From Bacillota bacterium (GTDB lineage Bacteria; Bacillota; UBA4882; UBA8346), in the NCBI GenBank assembly GCA_023426245.1, contig JAFABB010000011.1, forward strand, positions 24,862 through 88,861: a stretch of 64,000 bases of DNA, written 5' to 3'. The position numbers and the translations under genes are program-made. Positions 35,751-45,980 of the stretch are shown piece by piece (position 1 is the stretch's first letter; the number at the start of each line of letters is the position of its first letter). Below the pieces are notes generated by a model that saw only the letters and a list, made by a program, of their open reading frames with translations, searched no databases and was not told the origin of the DNA.

Positions 35751-36566
35751 GTGCAAAAAAAAATTAATCTATCTGGAATCTTGTTTTTCATTGCAATTCT
35801 TATTTATTTACTGAATGTATCGGGAATCTTATTAACTGTTATTTTAAACTCATTCAGTAAAAACTGGTTTTCAGGTCTAATCCCTAAAGTTTATACCTTG
35901 GATTGGTATCGTTACTTGGCAACCGATCACGATATTTTCAATTTGTTGGGTCTTACCTTTATCGTGGCAATCTCGGTCGTTTTCATTTCATTGCTGATCG
36001 CCTTTCCGGCGGCCTATGCAATGGCCAGGCGCGATTTCCATTTTAAAGGTGTAATTCTATCCCTATTTCTATTGCCCATGATCATTCCGCCGATGGCCTA
36101 TGGTATTCCGCTGGCAATGGTGATGTACAAAGCTCATTTGGCGATGAAAGTTATTGGAGTCATTTTGGTCAATCTCGTTCCCATTGTGCCGTTTATGATC
36201 CTGGTACTCCAGCCCTTTATTGAACAAATCAGCTCCAATCTCGAATCGGCCGCTAAAATGTTAGGTGCCAATGGGTTCACCACATTTCGCAAAATTTTAG
36301 CTCCCTTAACCTTACCGGGTATTTTAACCGCCGGTATTCTTTCGCTGGTTAAAACTTTATCAATGTTTGAATTAACTTATCTTGTTGCTGGCGGCAAGAC
36401 TCAAACGATCATCGTTGCCTTATATTCCGACGCCTATGCCGCAGGTTTCCGGCCTATCCAGGCAATCGATGCCATGGCAGTTATCTACTTTTTAACAGCT
36501 ATGGCCGCTTTAGTTGTGGCATTGAAGTTTGTAAGCCCTACCCAAATGGTATTTAAATTAAAATAA
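35751..36566 (+). CDS. ABC transporter permease
   Basis: EAA-like loop LESAAKMLGANGFTTFRKILAP. GTG start with GGGAGG upstream. Confidence 0.85.
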   Translation: MQKKINLSGILFFIAILIYLLNVSGILLTVILNSFSKNWFSGLIPKVYTLDWYRYLATDHDIFNLLGLTFIVAISVVFISLLIAFPAAYAMARRDFHFKGVILSLFLLPMIIPPMAYGIPLAMVMYKAHLAMKVIGVILVNLVPIVPFMILVLQPFIEQISSNLESAAKMLGANGFTTFRKILAPLTLPGILTAGILSLVKTLSMFELTYLVAGGKTQTIIVALYSDAYAAGFRPIQAIDAMAVIYFLTAMAALVVALKFVSPTQMVFKLK

Positions 36567-36655
36567 GACATTATTAGGTTCCCTACGGCATTATCATTTT
36601 ACTTGATGAATGGTACTAAAGACAGTATTCATTTCCCTTCTTCCATAGCTATCAA

Positions 36656-36696
36656 AAAAATAAATGGCTACTTTCAAATAAGCCATTTATTTTTTG
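36656..36696 (+). terminator. Intrinsic terminator after the ABC importer operon
   Basis: aaaaataaatggct / agccatttattttt, a 14-bp perfect stem with an 11-nt loop, ending in a T-run. Confidence 0.7.
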
Positions 36697-36767
36697 ATTA
36701 TCAATATTATTCCATAAATGTCGATAATTAAAAGGAAAAATTTGTTTTGTTTTTCAGGAGGTTAATC

Positions 36768-38483
36768 ATGAAGCAAAAAACTTTCATAAACCGCCACAAT
36801 TTTTGGAATACCGCTTTTATTTCCCGCTTGAAGGTTTTTCACCAAATTTTGGTTATTATCGCGATTATGATCATCTTTTTCATTATCCATGGAAGCTCCA
36901 GTATTTATGTTAATGATACCATCCAAAAAAACAGTTTACATAATATTCAATCCACCAATAACCGTTTCAACCATATAACCGTTGTCAAGACCTATATCGA
37001 ATTAATAGAAAAAGAATATATCAAGGCACTTACAGGGCGAGGCAGAATTGAATTTCTAATTAACGAAGGCGATACCCAAGGCCTTCCCCGGATTAATTCC
37101 GAAATGGTTCAAGCAGTGAAAGCATTAAGTGATGCCGCTCCGGAAGAATGCAAACAAATTATGACCAATATCAATAATATTCAACAAATAATCCGGCAGG
37201 ATGTCAATGAGGATAATTATATTGCCCTCAAAAAGGAATTAAGTTCCATCAACACATTAACCGATACGGTAAATACCAAATCAGTCGATATCAGCTATCA
37301 ATCGATTACCAGGAATTCCAACTTCGCCTTTACTTCCAAAATAATGACGGTGGTGATCACCGTATTATGCACTTTGATATCCATTTTATTGGGATTTCTT
37401 ATGGCCTCCACGATATCCAAACCTTTGGTAAAAATTGAATCCGCGGTAAAATCCCTTGCCGAAGGAAACCTGAACCAAAAAATTACCACCTCGGGCTGCC
37501 CTGAAGTAACGGGAGTTGCCGATGGGTTCAATAACGCAATAGCCAGCCTTCAACGTTTGGTCACCCAAATTAACCAACAATCGGATATCTTATTTACGGC
37601 CAGTAAAGAGTTAAAAGCGGCGACTTCCGATACGGGCGAATCCATGAATCAAGTCGCCAATACCATGGCAGACTTGGCCAAAGCATCCGCGGACCAATCG
37701 ACTCAGGTTAACAATGCCGTTGAAATTATTCATCTTTTGTCGGACTTGGTAACCAAAGTGACCCAGGATACAGCCGATATAGCCAATACTTCTCAAAACG
37801 TTTCCAAATCAGCCGAGGCAGGACAGAAAGCATCATCCGATGTTTCCAATGAGATGAATGAATTATATCATTCGACTCTGCAAGTAGCCGAAGTCATTAA
37901 AAATTTAAGCGAAACTTCCGGAGAAATCAGTGAAATCACCAATATGATTCAAGGGATTGCCGAACAAACCAACTTACTGGCATTAAATGCCGCAATTGAA
38001 GCGGCCCGTGCCGGGGAACACGGGAAGGGTTTCGCAGTCGTAGCCGCTGAAACCGGAAAGTTGGCCGATCAATCCATCCAATCGGCAACCTTGATCACGA
38101 ATTTAATTGACAATATGAATACCCGGATCGAACAGGCCGTTGCAGTAATGGAGAAAAATACCGAACGGGCTGAAACCGGTAAAAATTTGGCGACACAAGC
38201 GAGAGGCACCTTTGAGGAAATATTCCAAACTCTAAATGCTACCTTAATACAAATCGGGCTTATCGCAAATTCCGCCCGGCGGATGTCGGAAAGTAATAAT
38301 GACGTTACGGAAGCCATCGAAGCAATTGCCGCTATTAGTGAAGAAACCAGTGCCAGTACGGAGGAAGTCACTGCCACTGCCGAGGAACAAAATGCTGCAG
38401 TTCAGCAAGTCAACGCTTTAGCGGAAAACCTCTCCCAGATAGCCGATAATCTAAATCAATCGGTGGCTTTCTTTAAACTATAA
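36768..38483 (+). CDS. Methyl-accepting chemotaxis protein whose sensor domain is paralogous to that of the kinase at 29114
   Basis: Two TM helices, HAMP, and the MCP signalling domain ([28 protein letters not shown]). The ATG at 36768 has AGGAGG 7 nt upstream. The ORF track opens at 36747. Confidence 0.9.
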   Translation: MKQKTFINRHNFWNTAFISRLKVFHQILVIIAIMIIFFIIHGSSSIYVNDTIQKNSLHNIQSTNNRFNHITVVKTYIELIEKEYIKALTGRGRIEFLINEGDTQGLPRINSEMVQAVKALSDAAPEECKQIMTNINNIQQIIRQDVNEDNYIALKKELSSINTLTDTVNTKSVDISYQSITRNSNFAFTSKIMTVVITVLCTLISILLGFLMASTISKPLVKIESAVKSLAEGNLNQKITTSGCPEVTGVADGFNNAIASLQRLVTQINQQSDILFTASKELKAATSDTGESMNQVANTMADLAKASADQSTQVNNAVEIIHLLSDLVTKVTQDTADIANTSQNVSKSAEAGQKASSDVSNEMNELYHSTLQVAEVIKNLSETSGEISEITNMIQGIAEQTNLLALNAAIEAARAGEHGKGFAVVAAETGKLADQSIQSATLITNLIDNMNTRIEQAVAVMEKNTERAETGKNLATQARGTFEEIFQTLNATLIQIGLIANSARRMSESNNDVTEAIEAIAAISEETSASTEEVTATAEEQNAAVQQVNALAENLSQIADNLNQSVAFFKL

Positions 38484-38529
38484 GAGAAAATCAAACAAAA
38501 ATGATGCTAAACCCAGAGCAGAAATGATT

Positions 38530-38547
38530 TACCAACTTATTATCGGT
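38530..38547. other. 18-bp perfect palindrome TTATCGGTTAACCGATAA
   Basis: Self-complementary, 47 nt downstream of the MCP stop, with no T-run. Confidence 0.5.
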
Positions 38548-38744
38548 TAACCGATAACCATACTCTTTAAACTGCGCATTGAAATAGATACCCCTCTTTC
38601 GGGGATCCCTCAGCGGAGCATTCCTTTATTTAACCTGCCGCGATTTATCCATGCCCATTCAAATTACAAGTCCAATCAACCGCAATCCCTTCGGGGATTG
38701 TTTGCAACCTCTTCCACTCATATTTGGACCTGTCCCTTGCCCTC

Positions 38745-38800
38745 TAAGCTTAAGCCCGGGTTGCATGAAGTCCGGGTGAGCGTTGAAGTTCCGCTTAGTA
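38745..38800 (-). repeat. Diverged relative of the REP-like module (hairpin 1 part)
   Basis: taagcccgg-gttgcatgaagt-ccgggtgagcgttgaagttcc resembles aaagccca-gttcca-ccgggctccgcgatgcttcgaagtcc at 1674-1712. Additional small GC hairpins are at 38591-38604 and 38684-38699. Confidence 0.35.
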
Positions 38801-39027
38801 AACATCGCTATGTTGAATTGAAACAGTTTGAAGTCTTCGATGGAAAGGAAGACTTATAATAAAAAGATCTTCTGGATAATTGATCAAAAAAGCCTGCTCA
38901 TGCGGGATTTTTTGATGTCCACCCCAAAGGATGATCCATCTTGGTCAGAAATTCCACATTCGGGAAGGAATTACTTACCTGAAAGTAGAATTAACAAATT
39001 TGAAATATATGAGGAGAAAATGACAAT

Positions 39028-39939
39028 ATGCGCTATTATTTTAAATTTGGAATCATTTTTCTATTCATTTTGTTGGCAGCCCGCGCTCAGGCTCCGATTT
39101 ACGCGGCCGATCCACTGCAAATGGGTTCCAAAGGCGAACAGGTCCGGGAAATTCAAAACTATTTATATCAATTAAAATATTTGCGAACTTCCCCTACCGG
39201 ATATTATGGCGCTTCGACCAAGGAAGCGGTTCAATCCTTCCAATTGGAAAACCATCTCAAACCCGATGGCATTGTCGATCAATACACCCTGGAAGTTTTG
39301 GAGGCGAGTTTTAATGATCGCAATCAAGCCATTCAATATACCGTAGTGGAGGGTGACACTTTACAGTCAATTGCCGTTAAATTCAATTCCTCCGTTGCCG
39401 AAATTCTGGTGAAAAATAAATTGCACGACAATCAACTTTCGGAAGGGCAAACCCTTTTAATCCCAATCGGACGCTACCGACAGATAGCCTCCCGTGGCGG
39501 CAACCGCGGAATTCAAGAGGTCCCCTGGTCACTTGTGAATCAATTATGGAACCAGGGAGAAGTCGTAAAAGTCACTGATGTTTCTTCCGGGAAATCTTTT
39601 GAAGTTAAACGCTACGGTGGTGTTTACCACGCGGATGTCGAACCCTTGACCAAACAAGATACCGAGAGAATGCTGGATATTTATGGTGGGCACTGGAGCT
39701 GGAACCGCAGAGCCGTGATCATTGAGTGCCATCGTTTATTTATTTCCGCTTCCATGAATGGAATGCCTCACGGCGGCAAAACGATCCGCGGCAATGGTTT
39801 CCGAGGTCAGTTTTGCATTCATTTTTTAGGCAGCCGGGTTCACCGCAGCGGCGCGGTTGACTCCCAACACCAAACAATGGTTCTGGAAGCTTTTAACGCT
39901 GATGTTCCTGATGAAGAGCTGAATAATGAAGAAAACTAG
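39028..39939 (+). CDS. Secreted peptidoglycan-binding (PG_binding_1) plus LysM protein with an uncharacterised C-terminal domain
   Basis: Signal peptide, then G..G..V..IQ..L..L.Y......G.YG..T..AV..FQ (PG_binding_1), then YTVVEGDTLQSIA...L.....L..GQ.L.IP (LysM). Confidence 0.8.
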   Translation: MRYYFKFGIIFLFILLAARAQAPIYAADPLQMGSKGEQVREIQNYLYQLKYLRTSPTGYYGASTKEAVQSFQLENHLKPDGIVDQYTLEVLEASFNDRNQAIQYTVVEGDTLQSIAVKFNSSVAEILVKNKLHDNQLSEGQTLLIPIGRYRQIASRGGNRGIQEVPWSLVNQLWNQGEVVKVTDVSSGKSFEVKRYGGVYHADVEPLTKQDTERMLDIYGGHWSWNRRAVIIECHRLFISASMNGMPHGGKTIRGNGFRGQFCIHFLGSRVHRSGAVDSQHQTMVLEAFNADVPDEELNNEEN

Positions 39940-40119
39940 TAGAGCGCATCGTAAATAAATGGTAATCAGAAATGGGGAAGATACGCTCTACTTAAGAGAA
40001 CGTTCCCAATCATTGCGTAGTTATTTAGAGAACGTTTTACTAGTTTCTTTTCCCGTGCTTCGAAACCCCAAATCAATTGCTTCTGTGTTTATGCATAGTA
40101 ATCTCTAAAAAAAAATTAT

Positions 40120-40154
40120 AAGGGCATCCGGCTATACTTTAGCTTGATGCCCTT
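40120..40154. terminator. Bidirectional intrinsic terminator between convergent genes
   Basis: aagggcatc / gatgccctt, a 9-bp stem, flanked by an A-run (40107-40115) and a T-rich tract. Confidence 0.65.
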
Positions 40155-40188
40155 TCTATTTCCATCTATTTTACATGTTGATTCAAAT

Positions 40189-42747
40189 TTATCTTTTATA
40201 GTAGGTTTCTTTCAATGGCAACGAAGTTCGGAATTTTCCGTCCAAACGGTAATATGCGTGAGAACAGGCCGGGGCGGTCGGAATCAGGCATAACTCGCCC
40301 ACTCCTTTGGCGCCGAACGCATAGGGCAGTTTTTCACCTTTGGATTGCACCAGCTTCACTTCAACCGTCGGCGTTTCAGGAGCCCGCATTAAGCCGAGGG
40401 TACCGAATTTAACTTGGGGATAACCGTCTTTCACCGGAAAATCCTCGGTTAAGGCATACCCTAAACCCATCACGATTCCACCCTCGATTTGACCTTCTAC
40501 GGATTGGATGTTGACCGGTGTGCCCACATCATAAGCAGCCACAACCTTCTCCACTTTACCATGGTCATCCAAAACAACAACCTGGGCCGCATAACTGTAA
40601 CTAATATGACTGACCGGGTAATCTTTCGGCGAACCCATCGGATCCGTGACGGCTGAAAATTCGCCATGGAACTCTTTTCCTTCTAAATCAGCAAGCGTTT
40701 TCCCCGCTTTTAACTCTTTCCCTAGTCCTTCAGCAGCCCGTCTGGTTGCTTCTCCGGTTAACACGGTCTGCCTCGAAGCGGTACTGGTTCCGGCGTTCGG
40801 CGTTCGTATGGTATCCGGACGTTCGTGATAAGTGAGGGCCGGATCTAGCCCTGTTTCGTTACATACCATCTGCGTGCACATGGTGGCGATTCCTTGACCC
40901 ATGCAAGCTGCGGATGTCCTGATATGGACGATTCCCTTTTCCACGGAAAGAATGCAACGCCCGATATCCTTTAATCCCACCCCTGTCCCGCTGTTTTTAA
41001 AGGCGCAGGCAATACCGGCATAGGGATGATTTTCATAAATTTCTTTCACCGCTTCCAAACATTCCACCATGGCACAGTTGGGGTCGACTATCTGGCCATT
41101 GGGCAGTATTTGTCCGGGGCGAATCGCATTACGGTAACGGATCTCCCAGGGAGAAATTCCAACCATTTCCGCCAGGAGATTAATATTATTCTCCGTTGCA
41201 AAACAGCTCTGGGTGACGCCGAAACCGCGATAGGCGCCGCCGACCACGTTATTGGTGTATACCGAGAGGCCCAGGATGTCGATATTCTGATAATTGTAAG
41301 GACCAGCTGCGTGAGTACAAGCTCTTTGTAAAACCGGACCCCCTAAAGAAGCATAAGCACCGCTATCGGCGATGAGAACGGCTCTCATCCCGGTAAGAAT
41401 GCCGTTTTCATCACAAGCGTGAGTGAACTCCATTTCCATGGCATGACGTTTGGTATGATAATTAAGGCTTTCCTGCCGTGAAAACTTCACCTTCACCGCA
41501 CTTTTAGTATACCAGGCCATCAACGCCGCATGATGCTGGACGCTCATGTCCTCTTTTCCCCCGAAACCGCCGCCTACCAATTTCGATTGACAATGCACCT
41601 TTTCTTCCGGGATGCCCAGCATGTGAGAAATTTCATGTCTTTCATCATAAACCGATTGCGAACCCGTATAAAGGAGTAATCCATCGTCGCCATCCGGGAT
41701 GGCGATAGCGCACTCCGGCTCCATAAAGGCATGATCGGTGAAAGGAGTTTTATATTTGCGGGTTACAACATACTTTGATTTCTTAAGGGCTTCATCGACA
41801 TTGCCCCGCCTCAGCACTTCTTTGCGAAGGATATTGCCTTGTTCGTGAATTAGAGGCGCATCCCCTTTGAGGGCATCGGTAGGTGAAGTTACCGGAGTCA
41901 GCTCTGTGTAATCAACTTCGATCAGGGATAAAACTTCATCCAAGGTTTCTTTATGATAAGTGGCCACCAACGCCAAGGCATCCCCAATATAACGGGTTGT
42001 TCCGCCTTCGGCAATCATTACATCCCAATCCATCACCAAATGCCCGATTTTCTTATGGGGCACATCCTTTTCGGTAAGGATGCGGACACAATCCGGATGG
42101 GCCAATGCTTTGCTGATGTCGATCCTATTGACGATAGCCCGCGGATATTGGGAACGTAACGCTTTAGCATAAATCATCCCCGGAACCACAATATCGTCTA
42201 CAAACTCACCCGTCCCTAAAATCTTTTCCTCAGCATCCACCCTTTTGAACCGCTTATTAAGGGATGTACTGGTTTCCCGCGGCGGAATCGGCAGATTCGT
42301 ACGAAATAAATCGGCTGCATTTAAGATGGCTTCTTCGATCTTAACATAACCGGTACAGCGGCAGAGATTGCCCTTGATAGCCTCTTTGACCTGGACACGG
42401 GTAGGAGTCAAGTTATTATCCAGCAAACTCTTGGCTGATATCACCATCCCCGGGATGCAATACCCGCACTGAACCGCACCTGCCTCTGCAAAGCAGTGCA
42501 CGTAGACTTCTTTTTCCCGTTCCGACAGTCCTTCAACCGTGACTACGGACTTGCCTTCCAGAGAAGAGATTTTGGGAATGCAGGCTTTCACTTTTTTGCC
42601 GTCGATTAATACAGTGCAAGTACCACAGGCGCCCTCGCTGCAACCATCCTTCACGGAGGTTAGGCGCAGGTCATCCCTTAAAAACGCCAATAACTTCTTG
42701 TCTTGTTCCGTCGTGACCCGCTCACCGTTGACTGTAAATGTAAACAT
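40189..42747 (-). CDS. Molybdopterin aldehyde oxidoreductase (single-polypeptide 2x[2Fe-2S] plus MoCo, D. gigas MOP-like; xanthine dehydrogenase family)
   Basis: The N-terminus has CSEGACGTCTV and CRCTGY [2Fe-2S] motifs, followed by the a/b-hammerhead and large MoCo domains (GGGFGGKE). There is no FAD domain. The ATG at 42747 has AAGGAG 6 nt upstream. The ORF opens at 42762. Confidence 0.85.
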   Translation of the reverse strand: MFTFTVNGERVTTEQDKKLLAFLRDDLRLTSVKDGCSEGACGTCTVLIDGKKVKACIPKISSLEGKSVVTVEGLSEREKEVYVHCFAEAGAVQCGYCIPGMVISAKSLLDNNLTPTRVQVKEAIKGNLCRCTGYVKIEEAILNAADLFRTNLPIPPRETSTSLNKRFKRVDAEEKILGTGEFVDDIVVPGMIYAKALRSQYPRAIVNRIDISKALAHPDCVRILTEKDVPHKKIGHLVMDWDVMIAEGGTTRYIGDALALVATYHKETLDEVLSLIEVDYTELTPVTSPTDALKGDAPLIHEQGNILRKEVLRRGNVDEALKKSKYVVTRKYKTPFTDHAFMEPECAIAIPDGDDGLLLYTGSQSVYDERHEISHMLGIPEEKVHCQSKLVGGGFGGKEDMSVQHHAALMAWYTKSAVKVKFSRQESLNYHTKRHAMEMEFTHACDENGILTGMRAVLIADSGAYASLGGPVLQRACTHAAGPYNYQNIDILGLSVYTNNVVGGAYRGFGVTQSCFATENNINLLAEMVGISPWEIRYRNAIRPGQILPNGQIVDPNCAMVECLEAVKEIYENHPYAGIACAFKNSGTGVGLKDIGRCILSVEKGIVHIRTSAACMGQGIATMCTQMVCNETGLDPALTYHERPDTIRTPNAGTSTASRQTVLTGEATRRAAEGLGKELKAGKTLADLEGKEFHGEFSAVTDPMGSPKDYPVSHISYSYAAQVVVLDDHGKVEKVVAAYDVGTPVNIQSVEGQIEGGIVMGLGYALTEDFPVKDGYPQVKFGTLGLMRAPETPTVEVKLVQSKGEKLPYAFGAKGVGELCLIPTAPACSHAYYRLDGKFRTSLPLKETYYKR

Positions 42748-42830
42748 ACTAATCTCCTTCATCCATCCTATCTATCATACTATACAAAGAAAAGCGAATC
42801 TACCTGATTTCAGTTCCCAGAATAAAAGGT

Positions 42831-44579
42831 CTATTTGAACTGCATTTTATATAAGCCGGCATAAATTCCGTTTTGGGCCAGCAGACTTTCATGGTCACCC
42901 TCTTCGGCTATGCCTTCGGCAGTTAAAACCAAAATTCTGCGGGCTTTACGGATAGTCGAAAGGCGATGGGCGATTACAAAGGTGGTTCTCCCCCGGGCCA
43001 GCGTCTCCAGAGAGTCCTGCACCACTTTTTCGCTTTCATTATCCAGCGCTGAGGTGGCCTCATCAAAAATGAGCACCGGCGGATTTTTCAAAAACACCCG
43101 GGCAATGGATAAGCGTTGCTTTTGACCGCCGGAAAGCTTGACCCCCCGTTGGCCGATATCGGTATCATAACCATCCGGCAATTCCATTATGAAATCATGG
43201 GCATTGGCATTCTTCGCCGCAGCAATGATTTCTTCTTCCGAAGCGTCCGGTTTGCCGTAGCGGATATTATCCATGACCGAGCCGGCAAAAAGGTATACTT
43301 CCTGCTGGACAATGCCGATATTACGGCGTAGCGAACGAAGCTTGATATTGCGGATATCCCGGCCGTCCAGGATGATACGGCCCGATGAAACCTCATAAAA
43401 ACGGGGTATCAGACTGCACAAAGTGGTCTTGCCGACTCCTGACGGACCGACCAAAGCAATGTACTCGCCAGATTTAACGGTCAGATTGATATGAGAGAGA
43501 ACTTCGGTGATATTTTCCCGGTAACGGAAAGAAACATTTTGGAATTCAATATCTCCCCCAACATTTTTTAAAGTAACGGCATTCTTGGCATCGGCAATAT
43601 CGGGGGCGATGGAAAGCACTTCATAGAAACGGTCAAACCCGGAGATTCCATTTTGAAACTGCTCGCCAAAATTAATCAACTTCTTGATGGGTTCCAAGAA
43701 TACATTGATGTACAATAGGAAAGTTAGCAAATCAATGGCCCGGATCTGTCCACGGCCAATTAAAAAAGAGGCTGCCACCACCAAAACGACATAAATTAAA
43801 GAGCTGAAAGCATTAATGCCGCTGTTATAGCGTCCCATATATTTGTAACTGTTTTTCTTGGTTTCCACGAACCGCTGGTTGCTTTCGCGAAATTTCTGCA
43901 GTTCCAAATCTTCATTGGCAAAAGATTTAACCACCCGGACTCCGGAAATGCTCTCTTCCGTTCCGGCGTTAATCTCCGCGATCTTTTCACGGTTTTTCCG
44001 AAAAGCATGCCTCATCTGCCGGTTATAATAGTAGGCGAACAAACCCATCGGGGGAATGAAGATAAAGACTACCAGTGTCAGTAAGAAATTAATCTGGCAT
44101 AATATGCAAAAAGCTCCGATTAACTTGGTCAAGGATATCAAAACATCTTCCGGTCCATGATGGTAAAGTTCGGTGATGTCGAAAAGGTCGTTGGTAATTC
44201 TCGACATAATCTGGCCGGTTTTCTGGTTGTCGTAATAATTGAAGGACAGCTTCTGAAGATGGTTAAAAATCTCGTTCCGCAGGTCATACTCCATCCGGGC
44301 TCCCATAATATGCCCGCAGGTAGTGATATAGTAGTTACAGAAAAACTCCACCACAACCATACCCAGCATAAGTAAGGCCAATTGCCAGATAATCGGCACA
44401 GGCGCAGTATTCAGGGTGGAAACGGCTCCGTCCTTCAAGAGGATATTGGCAATATAGCGGATGATCAACGGAAAAGCCAAGCTAATCCCGGCCGCAATAA
44501 AAGCGCACCCCAGGTCCGCCAGAAAGGTTCCCAGATAGGGGTGGTAATAGGAGATAAATTTTTTAAATTTGGATTCCAT
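42831..44579 (-). CDS. ABC exporter, fused permease/ATPase (MsbA/multidrug-like)
   Basis: Six TM helices, Walker A GPSGVGKTT, signature LSGGQKQR, Walker B LIFDEATS. Confidence 0.9.
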   Translation of the reverse strand: MESKFKKFISYYHPYLGTFLADLGCAFIAAGISLAFPLIIRYIANILLKDGAVSTLNTAPVPIIWQLALLMLGMVVVEFFCNYYITTCGHIMGARMEYDLRNEIFNHLQKLSFNYYDNQKTGQIMSRITNDLFDITELYHHGPEDVLISLTKLIGAFCILCQINFLLTLVVFIFIPPMGLFAYYYNRQMRHAFRKNREKIAEINAGTEESISGVRVVKSFANEDLELQKFRESNQRFVETKKNSYKYMGRYNSGINAFSSLIYVVLVVAASFLIGRGQIRAIDLLTFLLYINVFLEPIKKLINFGEQFQNGISGFDRFYEVLSIAPDIADAKNAVTLKNVGGDIEFQNVSFRYRENITEVLSHINLTVKSGEYIALVGPSGVGKTTLCSLIPRFYEVSSGRIILDGRDIRNIKLRSLRRNIGIVQQEVYLFAGSVMDNIRYGKPDASEEEIIAAAKNANAHDFIMELPDGYDTDIGQRGVKLSGGQKQRLSIARVFLKNPPVLIFDEATSALDNESEKVVQDSLETLARGRTTFVIAHRLSTIRKARRILVLTAEGIAEEGDHESLLAQNGIYAGLYKMQFK

Positions 44580-44678
44580 GAAAAGATACTCCCGTGTAAT
44601 TCTTCATTGGATATGAATAGATTACCACGGAAATAATTTCAAGGCAAGTGCGGGAACGCGGAAAACATCACAGGATGT

Positions 44679-45902
44679 TTATTTTGTATTGGATGGCACA
44701 TCAACCCTGAACACCGCCCGTTTGCCATCCCGGTTTGAGGTAAAATAAACACTGCCGTCCCCATGGTCCAGTATGGGATGGGGATGACTGTCCTGACAGT
44801 CCCAGAAAGAACGGTGTTCGCAGAGAGGAAACCATCGAATATTACGTCGTTCCCAATCCACGATCTGCAGGCTGATCCATTCGCCCCCCCAGTTTTCATT
44901 CACCGACGCACCGTCCGGATGAAAATAACCATCCGATACCAGCCAATCATTATGGCGGTTTCCGGCGGTAAAATGGCCGTAGCGTTCATAGCTCTGCGGC
45001 AGCCTGATTTCTATATTGTCATTACCCGCCGGACTTACTCTCCCCACATAGGCGTCACCGTTTTGAAACTTGCCGTGATAAATAATATATTCTCCATCGG
45101 CCTGCCACATCTCATGGCAAGTCCAGTCCGCCCGGGTCCGTTCCCCGCCCTCGGTCCGCAAGCGGACATGCTGATGCCCGTTCCACAGCCAGAGCCGCCG
45201 GATACCGCAATCAGCAGCCCATTCATGATTGTAAAGAATTTGCCGGGAATCCACCGGGCTAAATTGGACGTGGGTGATCCAAGCCTGAGGAACTTTTTCA
45301 GCCAAAACCTCCGCGCCGCTTTCGGTATCAAAGACTCTCAAATAGGAACTGAGATTTTCTTTACGAACCCGTTCATCAATGTCATAATCGGGTTTACCGG
45401 TAATAACCTCATTCTTTTTACCGCCATCACCCAAACGGTAACCCGGACTGTCATTGGTAAAGTTGTCGCCCTCCAAGGCGCGGGCATCGGTCGTCGGTAC
45501 GCAAATCAACCGGCCGTCGGCGCTGACATGGGTGAAGGCCGTTACTTGCCGGGCGGGGATTTGGTTGATCACCTTGAGCGTGCCGTTTAAATCAACCGAA
45601 CAAAGATCCCGGCCTTGAATAAAATATACCCTGGCATTTTGGGCATCAACGCTGATGCTTGCCAGGCCAAGACCGCGATATGGATTGCCGTTAAAATAGA
45701 CATAGGATTTTAAAAAGCCTTCCCGGTTTTGGCTGAGCTGTTTTTCTTCTCCGGTCCTTAGATCCCGGCAAAAAACATTGGGATGGCCCGTCCGGTCACT
45801 GATAAACCACAAAATTTTGTCATCAGCCGAAAGGCTGGAGGAGGTAAAATAAAGCAACTGCTCGTTGGCAGCTATGTTTACAGTCATCCGTACCGGAACC
45901 AT
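44679..45902 (-). CDS. Oligogalacturonate-lyase-like (PL22) beta-propeller protein
   Basis: 407 aa with PD40-type blades (FISDRTGHPNVF, YFTSNRDGKRAVF). The overall pattern was recalled from the Ogl family, and the genomic context is pectin-related. Confidence 0.55.
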   Translation of the reverse strand: MVPVRMTVNIAANEQLLYFTSSSLSADDKILWFISDRTGHPNVFCRDLRTGEEKQLSQNREGFLKSYVYFNGNPYRGLGLASISVDAQNARVYFIQGRDLCSVDLNGTLKVINQIPARQVTAFTHVSADGRLICVPTTDARALEGDNFTNDSPGYRLGDGGKKNEVITGKPDYDIDERVRKENLSSYLRVFDTESGAEVLAEKVPQAWITHVQFSPVDSRQILYNHEWAADCGIRRLWLWNGHQHVRLRTEGGERTRADWTCHEMWQADGEYIIYHGKFQNGDAYVGRVSPAGNDNIEIRLPQSYERYGHFTAGNRHNDWLVSDGYFHPDGASVNENWGGEWISLQIVDWERRNIRWFPLCEHRSFWDCQDSHPHPILDHGDGSVYFTSNRDGKRAVFRVDVPSNTK

Positions 45903-45980
45903 CCGATCACACTCCCTGAATCACTCTTTGATAGTCAATCGTCAATATCATCTTCCCGACTCCATTGTAAAGGAGTCAGC

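Noticed and set aside
38828-39175. 115-aa ORF overlapping the start of the LysM/PG-binding gene
   Set aside because: It has a TTG start and no SD. It overlaps out of frame the signal-peptide-encoding start of a well-supported gene.
44763-45590. 275-aa plus-strand ORF, and similar long antisense ORFs (7083-7490, 11703-12152, 15229-15612, 58790-59269, 59626-60285)
   Set aside because: Each lies entirely antisense within a confidently assigned gene (the Ogl-like gene, the flavoprotein reductase, the P-type ATPase, the ABC exporter, the glycoside hydrolase). None has a recognisable motif. These are typical shadow ORFs.
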